In this document: piece after piece, positions 7,701 to 15,607 of the stretch | Position numbering within the stretch: the first letter of the stretch is position 1 | Layout of the letters: every line of letters starts with the position of its first letter | Assembly (NCBI GenBank): GCA_965228855.1 | Contig: CBDDIJ010000003.1 | Coordinates: 2,400,001-2,464,000, forward strand | Direction: 5' to 3' | DNA from: Candidatus Obscuribacterales bacterium | GTDB lineage: Bacteria > Cyanobacteriota > Vampirovibrionia > Obscuribacterales > Obscuribacteraceae | Length of the DNA: 64,000 nt | The notes under the pieces: generated by a model | What the model was told of the DNA's origin: nothing | Database searches by the model: none | Seen by the model: the letters and a program-made list of their open reading frames with translations, nothing else | Translations under genes and position numbers: made by a program

Positions 7701-9386
7701 CTCGTTCCTCACGTGGCAGAAGAACTGAAGGCCTCCGAGTTCAAAGTCACAAGCAAAGGTCCTCTGACCTTGCGCAGTAAGGTGCAGGGAAGCTTTGATT
7801 ATCTTAAGGCACAATATTCTCTGATTGCAGACAAATCAGACAGAATGGTTGTGGAAGGCACTTTTGGCAAGATCTACCAACCGGTAGACACGCCCCTGAC
7901 GCTCGACGGTTTAATCAACATTGATAAAACCAAAGTCGATATCGGAGATACGCACCTCCTCGTAGGCGATACCCTAATAAGCGTAGAAGGTCAGGTTCGA
8001 TTCCCGGAAGCCTCAGCGGCGGCGGAAAAGAGCTCAACGACGAATAGCTCCAATGCACAGAGCGACTCGAAGAATATCTCCAGCGACTCAGAAGAAACAT
8101 CTTCGGTAGCGTCTGCGGAGCCAGGTTCGAAGGAAATAGACACCGCAATGAAACCGCCTGCTAAAGCAGGCAAACGCCCTCCGCCCATTGTTAAATTGAC
8201 CGTCAAAATTCCACAAAAATCTCCGGTCAAGGCGCTAATCGCCATGGTTGACCCGCCCCTCGCCAACGACATTAAAGGCACCATCAGCGGTTACGTCACC
8301 GTGGACGGTGACCTGCGAAATCCAAAGCTATTGAGTGACATAACCGTCAATGATCTCGACGCAAAGTCAATGAATATCACGGGTTTAAACGCTAGACTCC
8401 GGAGCGGCGGAGCACCGGATAAAGAAGGCGATGAACCACTCGAATCTACAGAGTCATTGCTTGAAGTTGATTCGGTCAAGGTGCGACAACTTCCAATCAC
8501 CAATCTGAAGGCTCATGTCGGTTTGATTCCCGGCAAGGGAGTCAACTCGACTCCGGTAATAAACATAGATCAAGGGCAGGCAAAACTTGCCGACGGCGCA
8601 ATGACATTTGAGGCCACTTTCGACCCCGTCGATAACAACATCTGGGCGAAAGCTTCATTTACAGACATCTCAGCAGCCCGTGTCGGGGACGAGCTCATAG
8701 GTCAACCTGATGAGATCAGCGGCAAGGGGCACGCAACAGTAGAAATCGTCACCAAGGGCGATGACTATCATCAGATGGTGAAAAATCTGAAAGGGCACGG
8801 CAACATTCAAGTAGAAGACGGTGTTGTAGCCCGCTTCTCCGACCTTCAGACCAGACTAACTCAATACAACTTAATTACTCAGGGCATCTTCGGGTTCAAC
8901 TTCAACAATCTCTTGCAGAGCGTTTGGCCGGTGCGATCCGGCGAGTTCAACACGTTAAACAACTCCTTCGCTTTCGAGGACGGACTGTTGAAAGTGGAAG
9001 AACTTAGATTTAGCGGAAAGGATATGCGCATCTGGGGAAGCGGCTATGCCAACCTCGAAAATAACCAGGTAAAACTGGAGATGGCAGGCAAAATTCCAAG
9101 GGTTCAAGGCAGCATGCTTGGAGGCTCGGTCGGCAACGCATCGCGAAACATAACTCTCCAGAAAGCGATGAAGATGCTGACGTTCGGCAAGCTTCAGAAC
9201 CTGCCGACGTTGCCGGTGCTCGGAGCAATTGCGACCGATAAGCCGCGCACCTTCATGTTCAATGTCGACTCCACGCTTGACAATCCAAAGACCATAGCGA
9301 GGTCTATCGAAAAGACTTTTAAATGGCTTGCTAATAAACCTGACGCAACGGCGCACCCAGTGCCGGGTTTGGTCAATCCCAACTAG
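4734..9386 (+). CDS. AsmA-family (AsmA/YhdP/TamB-like) periplasm-spanning lipid-transport protein
   Basis: 1550 aa; N-terminal TM then 'RPYLEQRLSDALERQVRLG' and 'KWNFDDLL' (AsmA N-terminus); beta-rich AsmA-like C-terminus. Confidence 0.8.
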   Translation: MQSGTQEISTPEQTVAPRPALYILRFLVSWLVSLVVVLAVTLLSDVNWSRPYLEQRLSDALERQVRLGKVTWALGLNGISVETKNLQINEITGEPFLSAAESEIGVSVLALLEHKIVVTFVRADKANIRLVKTSSDKWNFDDLLKPGPEIRLLQLTSAKLGLFDESADSKTHLAPINLEKVELKLNFPHKNRKRPFFLSFSLPSKGYSTTFELEGLGVGELEKWQSNQYSFKADAKRVNPRDVERLMKFITVPTTIDKDGKKVIASAGEERKRLAAMSGDAGKQALMAGERNSQLSGTAHKPATKSGAKSKSANKISAGKNSSKSMPASKTRQSKETVSPESKNVSTTIETVDGQVVSVDPKQKQLLANQAAEGLIELVKPIKGLFDFALQGDGTFDKGIKATFDTEADNVLVDHPTVGVINAGKTVAAVTASLSKDALSWQDLKLKMHGLEIHSSGEVSHWQEKEPGIKANLNGVVPDIGVLQDILVPKTDNAPSRGLSNLARDLKPARLSGRADIAIKIDGTTRSTNMTTSVKTYDLAIKEMLSKANQHFPILCAVGLSSQAKIQTDLKVENADRIDIINGKLIGPGTNLNASGWIDLKTNKSKLVVNGDRIQLRDTALGITTNEAAYKQIMGSLRLPGKNSFTLDGTANANATLTADGDRYLIDGKLKLNDAAFALKDNSLKLNHVNGNVLFTQNNSAGHMTLSGFTGQMGDGHFQMDGKLSLAHTPVLDTTIHATRFDLKHLATLMKIFQIQIPVLTEHQLYGRVKDVVLKVSGTAFNPKIFFSAVPDDLYYQPPGLAKPLRAKAGVIVYDNDQLILREVALVTNNKTIVTSLTMDRVSKDASLSRVKMKTDSIELADLNYYLSSTAMPPPLRKAYHDFLAQYKISGMHGRSYGDILCLISPKGDVTFDGLVGLYKAGATVSGFPLTKLEGIFAASGDQLLLQDVSGFLRGSKFSLDGYIDKYKSKNPTWRAEVAATLAPRELLELVPHVAEELKASEFKVTSKGPLTLRSKVQGSFDYLKAQYSLIADKSDRMVVEGTFGKIYQPVDTPLTLDGLINIDKTKVDIGDTHLLVGDTLISVEGQVRFPEASAAAEKSSTTNSSNAQSDSKNISSDSEETSSVASAEPGSKEIDTAMKPPAKAGKRPPPIVKLTVKIPQKSPVKALIAMVDPPLANDIKGTISGYVTVDGDLRNPKLLSDITVNDLDAKSMNITGLNARLRSGGAPDKEGDEPLESTESLLEVDSVKVRQLPITNLKAHVGLIPGKGVNSTPVINIDQGQAKLADGAMTFEATFDPVDNNIWAKASFTDISAARVGDELIGQPDEISGKGHATVEIVTKGDDYHQMVKNLKGHGNIQVEDGVVARFSDLQTRLTQYNLITQGIFGFNFNNLLQSVWPVRSGEFNTLNNSFAFEDGLLKVEELRFSGKDMRIWGSGYANLENNQVKLEMAGKIPRVQGSMLGGSVGNASRNITLQKAMKMLTFGKLQNLPTLPVLGAIATDKPRTFMFNVDSTLDNPKTIARSIEKTFKWLANKPDATAHPVPGLVNPN

Positions 9387-9528
9387 CGAATCGGCAATTC
9401 CGTTCAGGCTCATCTTGATACGGCGCGTTCGCAGTTATCAGATCCAAACTTGCCATCACATATGACACTAGCGCCACCGGCGGTGGCACACAATTGCTTT
9501 TATCAAAGAGCTGTGTATTATATATGTC

Positions 9529-10941
9529 ATGAGCACAATTGAATATCCCTCTCCGGCGGGCGGTCAGGCCCGACGCGAAGTCGTGCGTTCGGCTTCTGAT
9601 GCGTCGGTGAATGTACCCGAGGCACCAGCTTCGGTGGCAATCTCCCTCTCCTGCGGACAGATCTCTGTCCCCTCGCTCACCGGTCAAGGAAGCACCGAGT
9701 CCAATAAGGACGGAGCTTTGCCGTCGACTATCTCAATAGTCTCGGCCGGCATGCCATCCACATCGACGCCGAGTATCTCGGCAGGCTCGGGCACGCTCGA
9801 CTTCACTCCGGTCGGACGGCAGGGGGGTATTAGAAACGCCTTCGCACAAGAGTCGGCAACGGTCGCTCCCGAAAAACAAAACGCGGGCAATTTTGAACCC
9901 GAAGAGTTGCCCAGGGGAAAGACGGGGGCTCGAACGAAGAAGCAACCGCAAACCAGACCGGAAAAACTGTTTAAGTCTTACATAAATTATGTCAGGCTGG
10001 AGCGAGCGCTATCACCAAATACGGTGGCTGCTTACAGACGTGATATTACCGCCTTCCTTCAGTGGGTGAAACAAAATCGCAACTTGAATGAAGAACTGCC
10101 CACCAGGCAGGACATCTCAGACTTCCTTGCCTACAGGCGCAAGAAAGGGGATCGTTCAACATCATGCGCGCGCACTTTAGCAAGTTTACGCGGGTGGTTT
10201 AGTTGGCTGAAAGATTCCGGTTTCGCGAACAGTGATCCATGCGACGCAGTTCACAATCCGCAGAGGGGTAAGCAACTACCGACGGTGCTGTCGTCTGGCG
10301 AAATCTCGCGAATGTTATCCAACGCGAGATCCAAGAAAGAAATTGCCGTTCTGGAAATGCTTTATGGCGGCGGTCTCAGGGTCTCGGAGTTGGTAGGTCT
10401 TAATACAACAGACGTGAACCTGGAACAGGGTTATCTAAAATGCCTGGGTAAAGGCAGCAAAGAAAGAATCGTTCCCATTGGACGCGCAGCGATGAAAGCG
10501 TTGAGAGAATACATGGATGAGGAGCGCGCAGCGGCAGCGGCGCTTGCAGCTAAACCCGTGAAGGCAAAGCGCGGTCGCAAGCGATTAGTGACGGCTGTTT
10601 CTGAGGAACAGAAGGGTGAGCCGGTGTTCCGCGACAAAAATGGAGCGCGATTGAGTCGTCTGGTGGTCTGGCAAATAGTGAAGCGCATCGCCGAGAAGGC
10701 AGGAGTGACCAAATCGCTTTCGCCTCACACTCTGAGGCACAGCTTCGCCACTCATCTTCTCGAAAACGGCGCCGACCTGCGTTCCGTTCAAGAGTTACTT
10801 GGTCACGCCAGCGTGGTCACTACACAGCTTTATACGCATGTTAGCCGGCAGCACTTAAAGAAAGCATACGAAAGCGCTCAAAGTCAGTTCGTAAACACGC
10901 TTCACCCAGACGGCATCTCTGCGCCTTTCGCCAATCAATGA
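9529..10941 (+). CDS. xerD: Tyrosine recombinase XerD with an ~145-aa N-terminal extension; true start uncertain
   Basis: LERALSPNTVAAYRRD, LYGGGLRVSEL, GKGSKERIVP, SPHTLRHSFATHLLENGADLRSVQELLGHAS..TTQLYTHV. Confidence 0.85.
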   Translation: MSTIEYPSPAGGQARREVVRSASDASVNVPEAPASVAISLSCGQISVPSLTGQGSTESNKDGALPSTISIVSAGMPSTSTPSISAGSGTLDFTPVGRQGGIRNAFAQESATVAPEKQNAGNFEPEELPRGKTGARTKKQPQTRPEKLFKSYINYVRLERALSPNTVAAYRRDITAFLQWVKQNRNLNEELPTRQDISDFLAYRRKKGDRSTSCARTLASLRGWFSWLKDSGFANSDPCDAVHNPQRGKQLPTVLSSGEISRMLSNARSKKEIAVLEMLYGGGLRVSELVGLNTTDVNLEQGYLKCLGKGSKERIVPIGRAAMKALREYMDEERAAAAALAAKPVKAKRGRKRLVTAVSEEQKGEPVFRDKNGARLSRLVVWQIVKRIAEKAGVTKSLSPHTLRHSFATHLLENGADLRSVQELLGHASVVTTQLYTHVSRQHLKKAYESAQSQFVNTLHPDGISAPFANQ

Positions 10942-10995
10942 TCAAAATTTAATACTGTCTTTAACATCTGACTATCTCTTATGCGATAACTTTAG

Positions 10996-11222
10996 GTGAG
11001 ACTTTCGTCTGAAGTCCGATTTGGGAGCGCTAAAGCAAGCTCTTGCATGACCTCCCCGTCTCAGTGTTTCACGAATCATCAACGAATCTGGCGACTCGAA
11101 AAAAGACGCGAAAAGGTTCGATGGCACACGAACAGTGCCCGACTCGATGCCCAAGTGTTCGCTGCAAACGAAAGTTAGTGTCCACATCAACGGTTTCCTC
11201 GCGAAACAGACACCAATACGAG
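10996..11222 (+). pseudogene. Decayed copy of the xerD 3' end
   Basis: RLSSEV/RLSRLV, QCFTNH..LEK/HSFATH.LEN, ANES/AYES (11164/10864), VHINGFLA/LHPDGISA. Confidence 0.55.
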
Positions 11223-11233
11223 ATTCACATCGA

Positions 11234-12370
11234 ATGCGAAAAACAACTAAAGTGACCGGTACGAAGATCGCTCAGGCCGCCAAGGATTTGAACGTGACGA
11301 GCGTCACCATCCGCCGCTACATCAGCGAATTCAACATCGAAACTACGACCGACGAAAATGGTATCAAGGTTCTTCCTGAGTCAGCAATGGACGAACTTCA
11401 GGAAGTTCGCAGACTTAAGGAAGAAGGCAACACCAATCCTCAAGTCCTAGAATTCCTCGAAGAACGACGCGCCAGCGGCGGCGGCGCAGAGAAAGCCGAA
11501 GCAAAACCTGAAAAGGAAAAACCAAAAGCCACTCGCGCCAAATCCTCTGCCAAGAAGGAGAAAGCAGCGCCAGCGGCTGAAGACGAAGAAGAGGAAGAAA
11601 CTCCCGAAGTAGTCGAAGCGGAGGAAGAAGAAGTTCCTCAAGCCAAACAAGCGAGACGCCGTCCAGCGGCGAAGAAAGAGAAAGTTCAAGAAGCCGAAGA
11701 GCAAGAAGCGCCGGAAGAAGTCGAGGCGGAGACAGAAGATGTCGAAGGTTCGGAAGGCGAAGCACAAGAGGGTGGCGACGGGCGCTTGAAGCACTCGCTC
11801 ACCTGTCAAACTTGTGGGAAGACTTTCGAGCACATGAACCCGCGCCTGAGAGACTGCCTGGACTGCTACCGCGCAAAGCGCAAAGAGCGTCGCCGTGGCG
11901 GAGACAGACATAAAAACGTCATTCAGCATCCCCTGGCGCAGCAAGTCGTCAGCAAAATGGCGAACCAACAACAGCAGCAACAACAGCAGGAGCAACAGGA
12001 CGAGCATCCTGCAGCCGCATCTGCTGCCGCGTCGTCAGCGCCCGTTCAAAGACGCGCACCGAGCGCACCGCAACAGCAACAACGCCGCGATAGAAGCAGA
12101 GATCTCACCTCGATCCCATCTCAAAATGTGGGCGTAACACAGCCTGTGATAGGCGGCTTGAAGACTCAAGTGCGCAGCTACAGAAAAGCAATCGAAGAAA
12201 CGAGACAGATTACTGGTTCCTTGAAGCGCCGACTCGAGCGCCCGGATCTACCGGAAGGCGATCGTCGTTGGCTAGAGCAAATCTACGCTTATCAGTTGAT
12301 CTTGCACCAGGGATGGCGCCACCTCTCTGAGTACAGAGCGCAAACCAACCAGCAAAATAAAGAAGACTAA
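11234..12370 (+). CDS. MerR-like HTH protein with an acidic linker, CxxC-x13-CxxC zinc ribbon, Gln-rich tract and helical C-terminus
   Basis: KIAQAAKDLNVTSVTIRRY...LQEVRRLKEEG HTH; CQTCGKTF...CLDC. Confidence 0.75.
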   Translation: MRKTTKVTGTKIAQAAKDLNVTSVTIRRYISEFNIETTTDENGIKVLPESAMDELQEVRRLKEEGNTNPQVLEFLEERRASGGGAEKAEAKPEKEKPKATRAKSSAKKEKAAPAAEDEEEEETPEVVEAEEEEVPQAKQARRRPAAKKEKVQEAEEQEAPEEVEAETEDVEGSEGEAQEGGDGRLKHSLTCQTCGKTFEHMNPRLRDCLDCYRAKRKERRRGGDRHKNVIQHPLAQQVVSKMANQQQQQQQQEQQDEHPAAASAAASSAPVQRRAPSAPQQQQRRDRSRDLTSIPSQNVGVTQPVIGGLKTQVRSYRKAIEETRQITGSLKRRLERPDLPEGDRRWLEQIYAYQLILHQGWRHLSEYRAQTNQQNKED

Positions 12371-12387
12371 TAGCTTCGAATCCATTC

Positions 12388-12420
12388 AAAAAAGGAACTA
12401 GCCGAGCTAGTTCCTTTTTT
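12388..12420. terminator. Bidirectional intrinsic terminator
   Basis: AAAAAAGGAACTAGC-CGA-GCTAGTTCCTTTTTT between convergent genes. Confidence 0.9.
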
Positions 12421-12473
12421 CTTGTCCGTTTAACTTTGGTAGCATCGCTGAACGCAACGCTCGAATGCAGTTG

Positions 12474-12785
12474 CTATGCGGTCGCGCTGGTTTTGACCGT
12501 GTCGGCTTCGGCCCTCACATCCATATAGCAGGCACGACAATAAACTGGTCGCAATCCATTCGGTTCAAATGGAACCGTTGCAACTGCACCACACTTGTGG
12601 CAGTTGGTATCGTGAAGCTTTTCGAGATTATCACCATTCCTACGAAGACGCGCTGTCAGTCGACAATTCGCACATCGCTTGGGCAGGTTGGTAAAGCCCT
12701 TTTGTGCGAAAAACATTTGCTCTTCTTCTGAGAACAAAAACAGCTTTTTGCATTCGTGACAAACTAAGTTCTTTCCGCTGTACAT
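12474..12785 (-). CDS. Zinc-ribbon protein (zf-trcl domain plus CxxC-x17-CxxC domain)
   Basis: CHECKKLFLFSEEEQMFFAQKGFTNLPKRCANC and CHKCGAVATVPFEPNGLRPVYCRAC; SD GGAGGT before ATG at 12785. Confidence 0.9.
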   Translation of the reverse strand: MYSGKNLVCHECKKLFLFSEEEQMFFAQKGFTNLPKRCANCRLTARLRRNGDNLEKLHDTNCHKCGAVATVPFEPNGLRPVYCRACYMDVRAEADTVKTSATA

Positions 12786-13009
12786 CTGCACCTCCGCGCT
12801 GGCTTCCAGGTATCGTCCAACTCGGTTAGGGGATACTAATTCACTGCACTGATCGAACAATGCACACTTCCAACGTAGCAAATTCCCTGAAAACCGTACA
12901 GACACTATCTTCCGGACTCTACAGTTTCACGCACGAAAGTAATGTGTGGTGTCAAGGTTTCACAATGACACACTCAGATGAAAAAATATTGCTCTCCGAA
13001 TGAAGAGGA

Positions 13010-13277
13010 GATGTTATCAGCGCACAAAAGCTGCAACTCACATCCGCGTAACTAACACTCGCAGATGAAACAGAAATCGAAGCCAGAACTCGTTGTTGTT
13101 TTAGTGCTAAGCGCATTCGACATCCGTTTCGAATATGACACTTTAGCGGCTCCACCGCCGACAGATGTTATTCCGCAACCTTCTTCGAAGAGCGCATCAT
13201 ATGCGGTGGCACTCCTAGTTTGCAATGCCTTGCTTTTTCATACGGCAATTTACTTCGGGCGGAATTCTTTGGAACTC
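13010..13277 (-). pseudogene. Decayed copy of the zinc-ribbon gene
   Basis: CTCACATCC 12514/13037; YADVS/YMDVR; KLPYEKARHCKL/NLPKRCANCRL; LRR/LRR. Confidence 0.55.
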
Positions 13278-15568
13278 TACAATAGCGCATCACAGCTCGC
13301 TTTGCAGACCTTAGCCTCCGAAGCAAAACCCTCCATGTCGTTGTAAGCATTGAAGGCTTCAAAGTAGAAGCGGCGCGCACGATCTTTATACCCAAGCAAC
13401 AATGCTGCGTCAGCGAGAGCGTTTGCTGTTTTCGCAGCATGAACTCCGTAGGGCGCCTGGTTTCGATCTGGCTTCGACGCCCTGGAGTAGTGGTAGGTTG
13501 CTTCTTCTTTTTTTCCTTCAGCCGCCAAAGCGATTGCCAACAGGACAGTCGGATAGTTGACAAAATTAACATCGACTGGAGAATAATCGTCATTGGGGTT
13601 AGTAGGTTGGCTCAAATACTGTTTAAGCAGAACCTCAGCCATTGAGTATTTTTTCTTTCTGATCAGGAGAGACGCCTGATCGCAAATCGCCTCAAGAAAA
13701 AACTTGCCACGCTCTGACCCAGGACGCCAGTTGCTTGTGAGAAGGCGAAGCATCTGAGCAGCTTCAACACATTTATCCTGAGCAATGAGATTTCTTGCCA
13801 ACAACCACCTCGCTACACAAACTTCGTCCGGCGAATTGACTTTGCTCTCGATAAGTTCGTTGAGCATCCGAGCAGACTCCTCGTGTTGCCCTTGCAATCC
13901 CTTAATCCGTGCCATGTTCCGCTTAACGATAACTTCAAAGGCGGGTTCAAGGTCTAAGGAATCCGTTCGCTCGAGGAGAAACTTCGCACGCGAAGGCATT
14001 CCCCTGAAAATCAACGCAGTCGCAGCTCGATTTAAATATGGGCCAAGTTGTTCCCGAGTTTTCGTCGACTCAAGGTCTCTAACATAAGGTTCAAGAGCCT
14101 GTAAAACCTCTTCGCTGGGAAAATACACCGACGAGTAAATCTTGCGAGACGCATCCAGACGTTCAGTTAGATTCCGCGCTTCAAGGGCCTTCTTCTCGCT
14201 AGCTAAATTTTTCTCTGTCAATTTGACCTTTTCGGTCATTCCCAGCTTTCCATAAATTACTTTCAATCGTTGCAACACGAATGCATCGTTTGGCAAGCGC
14301 TTCTTCACGCCTATAAAACCAATGTATTCAGAGGGACCAAGCTGCTCGCCCGACATCAGTCCCTCATCTGCCTTCTCGTAGTATCCGCGGGCAGTTTCAA
14401 GACTGCCTTTATTCTCATAAATCTGGCCTAAAAGCGCATAAGCTATCGCTCCGTAGTGATAGAGATCTGCCCGAGTCGGCGAATCCAAAAACTCGACCAC
14501 TTCCAACAAGCGATGCTCTGCATCAGCAACTTCTCCGTCTAAAATGTCTGCATGCGCCAGCGAAACTTGAGCACACTCGTAAAGAGACTCGCACTCTGGT
14601 CTCGCTTTGGTCAGCTGCACAACTTCATCGAACTTCCTCTTCGCGACGTCCCTCCGACCAGCCTCCAGGTAAGCCCAGCCCGTATACAACATATCCGGGA
14701 CAAACAACTGAGGCTCAACATTAAGAGCCTTTCGGTAAATTCTCTCCTGCTGTTCACAAATAGAACTAAGAGAGGCAAGGTCGCCCTTCTCTACCAAAAC
14801 ATTTATCGCACCCTCGACGTCCGGACAGTCGCCCGAATCGTAAATGGATAAAGTCGTTTCAACGGCTCTACGGACTAACTTCAGGTCGTCTCCATCGCGC
14901 ACTTTAACGAGGGGAGAAACCATTTTAGTCAATGCCTCCTTCTGTAGCGATAGCTCCGCTGGCTGCATACTTTGTGCTATGTCGAGGGCGCTAGCAAGTT
15001 GCTTAAGATTGTGCGAGTGCGAATAGTCTGCTTCTTCGCTTAGTACAACCAACGCTCTCGCCTTCGCTCGTTTTTCTTCGTTCGAAGTTGCCTGAAAGGC
15101 GACGACTTCGGAAGTCAGTCGACGAGCAGCCCCAGAAGGATGCTCGGCAAGTCGCTTCCAGATCGTCACGACCAGTTCCATATCAGCTGCGGACTTTATA
15201 TTGATCCTTTGAAGAATTTGAGCATCACAATAGTTTCGAAGAAGGGTTGTCTGACGAGACGAAAGAACCGGGTTATCACTGAGGGAGCCATCTTCTATTT
15301 TTCCGATTTTGAGAAGAAATGCGACCTGGTCAGAGATAGGAACCTCGCGCAAGTCGGCTAAACAAATTGCATCTTTCATTTTCTCCACGGCAGCCTCTGA
15401 CTGACCAGCGTGCTCCAATTCGAGCACTGAATTTCCAATTTCGACTACATCGCCCGGAAGAGCGTTTAAACAGAACGCCGGCGGAGACAGCAGAAGGCAT
15501 ACTATTGAAAGGATGAAGAAATACCGGAATAACATGAGCGACACTCCAACTAAAGCCGAGGAATTCAT
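13277..15568 (-). CDS. Exported TPR-repeat protein
   Basis: 763 aa; signal peptide; helical repeats such as AYALLGQIYENKGSLETARGYYEKA. Confidence 0.75.
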   Translation of the reverse strand: MNSSALVGVSLMLFRYFFILSIVCLLLSPPAFCLNALPGDVVEIGNSVLELEHAGQSEAAVEKMKDAICLADLREVPISDQVAFLLKIGKIEDGSLSDNPVLSSRQTTLLRNYCDAQILQRINIKSAADMELVVTIWKRLAEHPSGAARRLTSEVVAFQATSNEEKRAKARALVVLSEEADYSHSHNLKQLASALDIAQSMQPAELSLQKEALTKMVSPLVKVRDGDDLKLVRRAVETTLSIYDSGDCPDVEGAINVLVEKGDLASLSSICEQQERIYRKALNVEPQLFVPDMLYTGWAYLEAGRRDVAKRKFDEVVQLTKARPECESLYECAQVSLAHADILDGEVADAEHRLLEVVEFLDSPTRADLYHYGAIAYALLGQIYENKGSLETARGYYEKADEGLMSGEQLGPSEYIGFIGVKKRLPNDAFVLQRLKVIYGKLGMTEKVKLTEKNLASEKKALEARNLTERLDASRKIYSSVYFPSEEVLQALEPYVRDLESTKTREQLGPYLNRAATALIFRGMPSRAKFLLERTDSLDLEPAFEVIVKRNMARIKGLQGQHEESARMLNELIESKVNSPDEVCVARWLLARNLIAQDKCVEAAQMLRLLTSNWRPGSERGKFFLEAICDQASLLIRKKKYSMAEVLLKQYLSQPTNPNDDYSPVDVNFVNYPTVLLAIALAAEGKKEEATYHYSRASKPDRNQAPYGVHAAKTANALADAALLLGYKDRARRFYFEAFNAYNDMEGFASEAKVCKASCDALL

Positions 15569-15607
15569 AATAACTTCGGTGATAAGATTGAGCTATCCGC
15601 CATTGGA

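Noticed and set aside
9529..10941. Tyrosine recombinase as a phage or island integrase
   Set aside because: Canonical XerD motifs, housekeeping context, no att repeats or cargo seen
11966..12000. CAA/CAG run as a phase-variable repeat
   Set aside because: Mixed-codon in-frame poly-Gln; length changes would not shift the frame
13277..13385. TPR protein C-terminus (RRFYF...GFASEAKVCKASC) resembling the zf-trcl motif
   Set aside because: It fits a terminal TPR helix; the resemblance is short and probably chance
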